In this document: in pieces, positions 27,049-32,000 of the stretch
How positions within the stretch are numbered: the first letter of the stretch is position 1
Layout: every line of letters starts with the position of its first letter
DNA from: Parasynechococcus marenigrum WH 8102
Lineage (GTDB): Bacteria > Cyanobacteriota > Cyanobacteriia > PCC-6307 > Cyanobiaceae
DNA length: 32,000 bases
NCBI RefSeq assembly: GCF_000195975.1
Contig: NC_005070.1
Location: forward strand, 690,001 to 722,000
Direction: 5' to 3'
Program-made: the position numbers and the translations under genes
Notes under the pieces: model-generated
Databases searched by the model: none
The model's input: only the letters and a program-made list of their open reading frames with translations
Told to the model about the DNA's origin: nothing

Positions 27049-27204
27049 ATGTCATTCTGGCAGGAAGTGGAGAACAACGTTCAGCAATGTGTTGATCAAG
27101 ATCCTCTGTTCATCGAGTCCCAGTTGTTGATCCTGGCGGAGGCCCAAATCAACTCCTCTGGAGAATTCTTTCTCAGCTGGGACGACCTGATCGGCCAGCG
27201 CTGA
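27049..27204 (+). CDS. Hypothetical small protein (51 aa), absent from the ORF track
   Basis: ATG 27049 to TGA 27202-27204 gives MSFWQEVENNVQQCVDQDPLFIESQLLILAEAQINSSGEFFLSWDDLIGQR. Third-position G+C is 36/51 by hand count, although the surrounding DNA is AT-richer. Confidence 0.45.
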   Translation: MSFWQEVENNVQQCVDQDPLFIESQLLILAEAQINSSGEFFLSWDDLIGQR

Positions 27205-27228
27205 GGCTGACTTGAGCCCATTTCAGGG

Positions 27229-27432
27229 TCAGATCTTCACCACATCGGGCGTTTCCCCGTGAACTTCCCCGATCCACAGAGCGTGGGTCACCGCGCCATC
27301 GTGGGTGTGAAAGGTCCAGGCGTTGTCGGGCGATTCGATTGATTTGATCGATTGATTCGCATTGTTCACGCAGAGATAACAACCATCGGACTCCGTGCGC
27401 AGCACGTATCGCTCGGCGTATTGAGTGAGCAT
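27229..27432 (-). CDS. Hypothetical small protein (67 aa)
   Basis: ATG-initiated ORF with third-position G+C of about 47/67 by hand count. It is convergent with the 51-aa ORF across a 24-nt gap. No family recognised. Confidence 0.5.
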   Translation of the reverse strand: MLTQYAERYVLRTESDGCYLCVNNANQSIKSIESPDNAWTFHTHDGAVTHALWIGEVHGETPDVVKI

Positions 27433-27490
27433 GTCCTGAGAGTTGTCTGATCACGGCATAGCGATGTCAAAGATCGGGTTAAGACCGGTT

Positions 27491-27949
27491 TTATGAAAAA
27501 TTTACGTTTTGTTCGCTGAGCCTTAATAAACTTTGTTGTTGGATAAACAAACCTGTGGGGGACGTGATTCGAATCTGGTGGCCTCCGTTGCGAAACCAAG
27601 GTTCTGGCCACGCTTTGAGGATCAAGGGTTCGGGATCCAGTCCCCACGACTGGCGGAAGTAGTGACGGACAAGATCGTCAGGCGCTGGGTCGGTCTGCTG
27701 CCAGTGGACGAGTGCAAGCGCGCCGGGGGTGGATCGAAGCGTCACCAGCCGCTCCTGAGGGTCTCCGCCATCGATCGGTTCCACGGTTTCCGTGAGCTGT
27801 TCGTCGCACACGAAGAGTTTTAGAGGGGTCTGCTCATCGGCCTGAGGCAGGGAATATTTGTTCAAATAAAGGGCACGTGCCTTGCGAAAGGCGGCTCCTG
27901 GGGCCCTGCTCATCAGCGTTGCGTAAGCCTCCAGCAGTCGCTCAATCAT
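27491..27949 (-). CDS. Hypothetical protein (152 aa)
   Basis: ATG-initiated ORF with a protein-like composition. The C-terminal ~20 codons run into a 32% GC stretch. No family recognised. Confidence 0.55.
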   Translation of the reverse strand: MIERLLEAYATLMSRAPGAAFRKARALYLNKYSLPQADEQTPLKLFVCDEQLTETVEPIDGGDPQERLVTLRSTPGALALVHWQQTDPAPDDLVRHYFRQSWGLDPEPLILKAWPEPWFRNGGHQIRITSPTGLFIQQQSLLRLSEQNVNFS

Positions 27950-28007
27950 CGATGGGTCGTCTGGAGTTCATCAGTTTGATTGAAGGCCAAAATCACTGCG
28001 TGACAGG

Positions 28008-28340
28008 ATGAGATTCGCAGGACTTGCAGCTGTGGATTCCTGGCTCAGCGTCGACCTTTGCGTGGTGCCCCTCGGAGTTGGGGTGAGCCTGACTCCCTAC
28101 ATCGCCACCTGTCAGCGGGTGATCCAGTCGACCGGGCTCGTCCATGAGCTGGGTCCCAACGGCACGGCGATCGAAGGTCCCTGGGATGACGTCATGGAAT
28201 GCGTTCGGGCTTGTCACGATGCCTTGCATGGCATGGGTGTGCCGCGGATCTACACCACGCTGAAGCTGAACACCCGCATCGATCGACAGCAGGCGTTCCA
28301 TGAGAAGGTTGAGATGGTCCGTCGAGAGCTCGATGCCTGA
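28008..28340 (+). CDS. MTH1187/YkoF-like (UPF0045) thiamine-binding family protein
   Basis: SVDLCVVPLGVGVSLTPYIATCQRVIQSTGL…GPNGTAIEGPWDDVMECVRACHDAL…RIYTTLKLNTRIDR follows the MTH1187 family pattern. The true start may be GTG 28032. Confidence 0.75.
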   Translation: MRFAGLAAVDSWLSVDLCVVPLGVGVSLTPYIATCQRVIQSTGLVHELGPNGTAIEGPWDDVMECVRACHDALHGMGVPRIYTTLKLNTRIDRQQAFHEKVEMVRRELDA

Positions 28341-28378
28341 AATCTTGGGAATTTCAGGGCATTTCAGCCGCTGGAGAT

Positions 28379-28406
28379 GATCTAGTGAGACCAGGATCTA
28401 GTGAGA
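28379..28406. repeat. Tandem 12-bp direct repeat GATCTAGTGAGA (x2, 4-nt spacer)
   Basis: Copies at 28379-28390 and 28395-28406, seen directly. They are preceded by ATTTCAG x2 (28351-28357, 28361-28367). Confidence 0.6.
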
Positions 28407-28461
28407 TCAATGAGACAGGGGTGAGGGGGTTGGTGCTCCAGACGGTCGGTCGTTCTGCCTG

Positions 28462-28932
28462 GTGGGTGATGGCTCCTTTGCTCATGTCGGTGAGCTGCGC
28501 CCCTCCGCTCTGGGCATCGAGTTGGGATCAAATCGGCTCCTATCTGCGGTTGATTCAGCAGACCGGTGTAGAAGCCCTGGTTCTAATGATTGTCCTGAGG
28601 GCCTGCTCGGAGCTTTTCATGAAGGGCGGCAGGCGTTGTTGATGTGCGGCAACAACCTCCCGGATGACCCAGCTTCTATCTGGGTGGTTCTTGCTCATGA
28701 ATCCGCTCATGTCATGCAGTTCTGCAAAGGCGGACCGCTGATGCCTGCAGCAGTTCTCGGAGCTGGCATGGATCAGGCACCTCGGACTGATTCGCAAGCA
28801 TTTAGGGAGTTAAAGCTTTACAACAGCAGTCAGCATCATGTGGAGGCGGAAGCGCGGCTTGTGCAGGCACTCCCGCCGGATCAAGTGCGACACCTGTTCG
28901 AAAAACATTGTGCGGAGCGGCTCAAGCCCTGA
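28462..28932 (+). CDS. HExxH-motif protein (putative small Zn-metallopeptidase-like); N-terminus unresolved
   Basis: The frame-1 ORF contains …CPEGLLGAFHEGRQALLMCGNNLPDDPASIWVVLAHESAHVMQFC… (HExxH). The upstream ~55 codons of this frame look non-coding-like, and an overlapping frame (28469-28642) looks better there. Confidence 0.55.
   Translation: MGDGSFAHVGELRPSALGIELGSNRLLSAVDSADRCRSPGSNDCPEGLLGAFHEGRQALLMCGNNLPDDPASIWVVLAHESAHVMQFCKGGPLMPAAVLGAGMDQAPRTDSQAFRELKLYNSSQHHVEAEARLVQALPPDQVRHLFEKHCAERLKP
28469..28642 (+). CDS. Alternative-frame ORF with signal-peptide-like start. Either the true 5' part of a frameshifted HExxH gene or a separate 57-aa coupled gene
   Basis: MAPLLMSVSCAPPLWASSWDQIGSYLRLIQQTGVEA…. 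Third-position G+C is about 40/59 versus about 31/61 for the overlapping frame (hand count). Its TGA overlaps an in-frame ATG of the HExxH frame as TGATG (28640-28644). Confidence 0.3.
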   Translation: MAPLLMSVSCAPPLWASSWDQIGSYLRLIQQTGVEALVLMIVLRACSELFMKGGRRC

Positions 28933-29551
28933 CGATCTGACGATCGCGCATTGGGATCCCTGGTTGCTGGTGGTGCTGAAACCGTCGGGGTTGTTGTCGC
29001 AACCCGGCCGCGGCTCTCATCTGCAGGATTCTTTGATCACCAGATTGCAGCATTGGAGTGGGGATCACCATCTGGTGCATCGACTTGATCGAGACACGTC
29101 GGGTTTGGTGCTGGTCGCCCGGGGACTGGAAAGTCTGCGTCGCTGCAGTGCCATCTTTGCCGCCCGGAGAGTCAACAAGCTCTACGAAGCCGAGGTGGTT
29201 GGGCAGCTCCAAGGTCGAGGTCGAATTGATTCGCGTTTGGCTCGCCTGGATCGCGATCCGCCTCGCTATGGCGATCATCCCAAGGGGCGACCCTCGACGA
29301 CGCTGTGGAGAGTCCGTGCAAGACAACCGAACTCAACGCAACTCTGGCTGCGTCCATTGACAGGACGATCGCATCAGCTGAGGGCCCACTTGGCCGGTAT
29401 GGGCCATCCAATTGTCGGAGACCCGATTTACGGTGAGGCTTCAACGACTCCGATGCGCTTGCATGCCCGGGCCCTGGGGTTTGAACACCCATTCACAGGT
29501 CTCCGACTTCGGGTGTCCACGCGACAAGAGGATGTTCCCCATGCCAGCTGA
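28910..29551 (+). CDS. RluA-family pseudouridine synthase
   Basis: LLVVLKPSGLLSQPG and the catalytic HRLDRDTSGLVLVA, then LTGRSHQLRAHLAGMGHPIVGDPIYG. Homology begins near 28940, so I prefer GTG 28910 over the ORF-track ATG 28838. The start is uncertain. Confidence 0.8.
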   Translation: MRSGSSPDDLTIAHWDPWLLVVLKPSGLLSQPGRGSHLQDSLITRLQHWSGDHHLVHRLDRDTSGLVLVARGLESLRRCSAIFAARRVNKLYEAEVVGQLQGRGRIDSRLARLDRDPPRYGDHPKGRPSTTLWRVRARQPNSTQLWLRPLTGRSHQLRAHLAGMGHPIVGDPIYGEASTTPMRLHARALGFEHPFTGLRLRVSTRQEDVPHAS

Positions 29552-29804
29552 AGTCGTCGGTTACGCAGCGGCGTCTCTCACCACCATCAGTTTTTTCCCT
29601 CAGGCGGTGAAGACCCTTCGCAGTGGTGATACACGCTCGATTTCTCTTGGCATGTACGCCTTGTTCACATCAGGGGTGATGTTATGGTCCATCTACGGAG
29701 TGATGGTTGCGGATGGTCCCGTGCTGATCGCCAATCTGATCACGTTGATCCCAGCGGCCGTTGTTCTTCAGCGCAAGATCACTGCCAAACATCCTTCATC
29801 CTGA
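29541..29804 (+). CDS. SemiSWEET / PQ-loop (MtN3-like) 3-TM transporter, 87 aa
   Basis: MPAEVVGYAAASLTTISFFPQAVKTLRSGDTRSISLGMYALFTSGVMLWSIYGVMVADGPVLIANLITLIPAAVVL has three TM helices and the PQ motif. The ATG (29541, or 29532) overlaps the rluA-like stop at 29549-29551. Confidence 0.75.
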   Translation: MPAEVVGYAAASLTTISFFPQAVKTLRSGDTRSISLGMYALFTSGVMLWSIYGVMVADGPVLIANLITLIPAAVVLQRKITAKHPSS

Positions 29805-29828
29805 CCAAAAGAGATCCTTCAACCTGAC
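29791..29828. repeat. 15-bp direct repeat ATCCTTCA(T/A)CCTGAC x2
   Basis: Copies at 29791-29805 (the last codons plus stop of the SemiSWEET gene) and 29814-29828, with one mismatch. Seen directly. Confidence 0.6.
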
Positions 29829-29900
29829 GATGATTTGAAGCTCGGCTTCGTTAAAGCTGATCACATTGAGGTTTTTGTCGCATTGCGATTGACCTGTTTG

Positions 29901-31985
29901 TCAGGCTGAATGACGGGGTCTAGAGGGAATGGGATAGGGAATGCGGCGGTGTCTCATCCGCCGCCAGACCTTCACGAATGCCTGGACCACGAGCTCAACT
30001 TCAGAGCGAGACAATCCGCTTTTTCGAAGTTGTCCATCCTGCTGCCGCGATTCCACGATGCGGCGCACCGTGTCTTTGGCTTCAGCTTCTGATGTGTCGG
30101 GTGGTAGTGACCGCAAAGCCGCTTCGCAACCATCGGCCAGCATCAGGATTCCTGTTTCCTTGGAGCGGGGTGATGGGCCGTGGTAACGGAAGCGTCTCTC
30201 TTCAATGTTCGGATTGATTTGACGAGCTTTGTGCAGAAAAAAGCCCATCTTCAAGGTCCCTTGATGCTCCGGAATGAAATCTGCAATCGGCCGAGGAAGT
30301 CGATGGCGTTTAGCTAGCTTCAAACCTTCATCCACGTGGGCTTGGAGAACCGCCGCGCTTTGCTCAGGATCGTTGAGGGCGTCATGGGGATTGGGACCAT
30401 CTTTCTGGTTTTCGATGAACCAATCGGGCGCGTGGAGCTTGCCGACATCGTGATAAAGGGAGCCCGTTCGAATCAAGTCGACATCGGCATTGATGGCACG
30501 AGCCCCTTCTTCTGCGAGGCCGCAGATCATCAGGGTGTGCTCGAAGGTGCCAGGAGCTTCACAGGACAATCGCCGCAGCAGAGGACGCTCCTGGTCCGCC
30601 AATTCCAATAAACGAGCACGGGTCAACAAGCCGAAGGATCCCTCCAACATCGGAATCATCAAAAGAGACAGCATCAGCAGGAGACCCAGCAGCAAGGCAT
30701 CCGTGCTCAGTTCATCTAGTCCAGGATTGAGTGATCCCCAGAGCCGCCAACCCGTGAATGGTTGGAGTTGGAGCAGCACCCACTGAGACACCAGGGCGCC
30801 GAGTGGCAACAGAACAGCGAGCTGAAGCAATTGCCCCCGGCTGCGCTGACGCCCAGCGATGACGCCCCCCGTAGTGGCCACTGCTACAGCGATCAACAGT
30901 CGGCCATGGCCTAACCCATTCACCGGGAGTGGCCAGATCAGGGCTGCGATGGCCATCCAAGCCAAGCCACAGCCCGTTCCCAGTCCTTCGGTCAGGATCA
31001 GGGTGGGTGGTACCAACACCGCTAAGGGACTAACCGTGGATTGGAACCAAAGCTTGGCCAACTGAGCCAGCAGCAGCAGTCCCAGAGCCAGCAATGCATG
31101 GCGAACTTCAAGTCCCGGTCGTTCCCGTCGCATCACCAACAGCATTACGCCGCAAGCAACGAGGGCTTCGAGAAAACGACCCAGCCAGATCAGGGGCTGG
31201 GGTTCGCGCTTCACTTTTCCGAAAAAGTCAAGAACGTCGTACGCCTGAGGGCTGATCGGTTCGCCCTTTCGTGTGATGAGGTCTCCTTTCCGTACGTCGA
31301 TGGTGGGGATCCCTTGTTTGGTCAGCTGCTCTTCAATTAGCTGTTTGCTGAGGTTGGGATCGGTGCGCAGATTGCTGCTGCCCTGAAGGCTGCTCACAAG
31401 CAGTTTGCCGGCTAAAGAGCGGGCGGCAGGGTTGTCGATGGCATCACCCTGCAACTGAAGGCCGGCAGCCTCACGAAGTTGATCCACCGCAAGGGTGCTC
31501 ACCAGCCCCTGACTGAGCATGCGATTTGCGGCCTGCCGGACAACGTTGTCCCAGGCGAAACGGTCTTGATCGCTGCGTTGCTCCAGCCAGACCTGTTCGT
31601 CTGCATTGAGATTGACGGGACCGACCCTGGCGGCCGAACCGCTTTCGCTCACCTGTTGCAGCTCACTGAGCTGACGTTCCAGCCTGAGCTTCAGGGCTTG
31701 TGTCTGATCTGGATCAAGCACCTGAACCACGGAGCGGGCCACGAGGGTGGAGCGGCGTTGCTCAAGGGCTGTGCTGTCCTGCACCAGGGCATCCTTGGGT
31801 GCAATGGCGTTGAAGGGAGCCAGTGCGCCCGGCTGAAGATCGGGTTTCAGCAGCCAGGGGAGGCTTGACGCACCCGCAACAAACAGGCAGAGCAGCAGTA
31901 CCAGGCTGGATTGAATGGCAGTCCAGCGCAGCAGTCGCCCCGCTGGACGTGGATGACGCAGCCAGCGTCTCCACAACTTGCTCAC
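29901..31985 (-). CDS. 7TM-receptor HD-domain phosphohydrolase (7TMR-HDED / PgpH-like)
   Basis: Large extracytoplasmic N-domain, then about 7 TM helices, then a C-terminal HD domain (FEHTLMICGLAEE…, LYHDVGK, …IPEHQGT…). 694 aa with a GTG start at 31985. Confidence 0.88.
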   Translation of the reverse strand: MSKLWRRWLRHPRPAGRLLRWTAIQSSLVLLLCLFVAGASSLPWLLKPDLQPGALAPFNAIAPKDALVQDSTALEQRRSTLVARSVVQVLDPDQTQALKLRLERQLSELQQVSESGSAARVGPVNLNADEQVWLEQRSDQDRFAWDNVVRQAANRMLSQGLVSTLAVDQLREAAGLQLQGDAIDNPAARSLAGKLLVSSLQGSSNLRTDPNLSKQLIEEQLTKQGIPTIDVRKGDLITRKGEPISPQAYDVLDFFGKVKREPQPLIWLGRFLEALVACGVMLLVMRRERPGLEVRHALLALGLLLLAQLAKLWFQSTVSPLAVLVPPTLILTEGLGTGCGLAWMAIAALIWPLPVNGLGHGRLLIAVAVATTGGVIAGRQRSRGQLLQLAVLLPLGALVSQWVLLQLQPFTGWRLWGSLNPGLDELSTDALLLGLLLMLSLLMIPMLEGSFGLLTRARLLELADQERPLLRRLSCEAPGTFEHTLMICGLAEEGARAINADVDLIRTGSLYHDVGKLHAPDWFIENQKDGPNPHDALNDPEQSAAVLQAHVDEGLKLAKRHRLPRPIADFIPEHQGTLKMGFFLHKARQINPNIEERRFRYHGPSPRSKETGILMLADGCEAALRSLPPDTSEAEAKDTVRRIVESRQQDGQLRKSGLSRSEVELVVQAFVKVWRRMRHRRIPYPIPSRPRHSA

Positions 31986-32000
31986 GCCGTTGAAGCGAAC

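Noticed and set aside
27551-27590. tRNA T-arm-like GATTCGAATC (possible tRNA fragment or att site)
   Set aside because: The flanking 5-mers (CGTGA / CTGGT) cannot form a T-stem, no acceptor or anticodon arms are present, and the sequence lies inside the 152-aa ORF.
27950-28007. TPP riboswitch upstream of the thiamine-binding-family (MTH1187-like) gene
   Set aside because: The spacer is only 58 nt and lacks the CUGAGA and ACCUGAUCUGGAUAAUGCCAGCG-type conserved elements.
28560-28645. Programmed -1 ribosomal frameshift joining the two HExxH-locus frames
   Set aside because: There is no X_XXY_YYZ slippery heptamer or obvious downstream pseudoknot. An indel or sequencing error, or two coupled genes, are simpler explanations.

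Overview
This high-GC segment reads like the core chromosome of a marine picocyanobacterium (Synechococcus subcluster 5.1-like). Cyanobacterial markers are chlI, petG, a CrtL-type lycopene cyclase, a CAAD/CurT-like protein, a Nif11-like peptide and the sRNA Yfr1. They sit among housekeeping genes: ychF, hom, sufE, ruvC, hisH, trxA, guaB, gyrA and leuA. Gene packing is extreme. Thirteen co-directional minus-strand genes (15008 down to 4046) have no spacer longer than about 72 nt. Several junctions are ATGA/TGATG/TTGA start-stop overlaps, and four convergent gene pairs overlap at their 3' ends. Three elements are invisible to the >=60-aa ORF track: petG (38 aa), a 51-aa ORF with good codon bias, and Yfr1 in the guaB-trxA spacer. 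The track mistranslates Yfr1 as an N-terminal extension of trxA. The only accessory-looking stretch is about 26.68-29.0 kb, with locally low GC, orphan small ORFs, short flanking repeats and an HExxH protein whose 5' region looks coding in two frames. I do not see a recognisable multi-gene defence, mobile-element or biosynthetic system, and no tRNA, rRNA, CRISPR or IS element. The candidates for new biology are small-scale: a seed-masking helix at Yfr1, the small-ORF islet, the two-frame HExxH locus, and palindromic or direct-repeat sites. All family assignments come from motif recognition by eye, not database searches.
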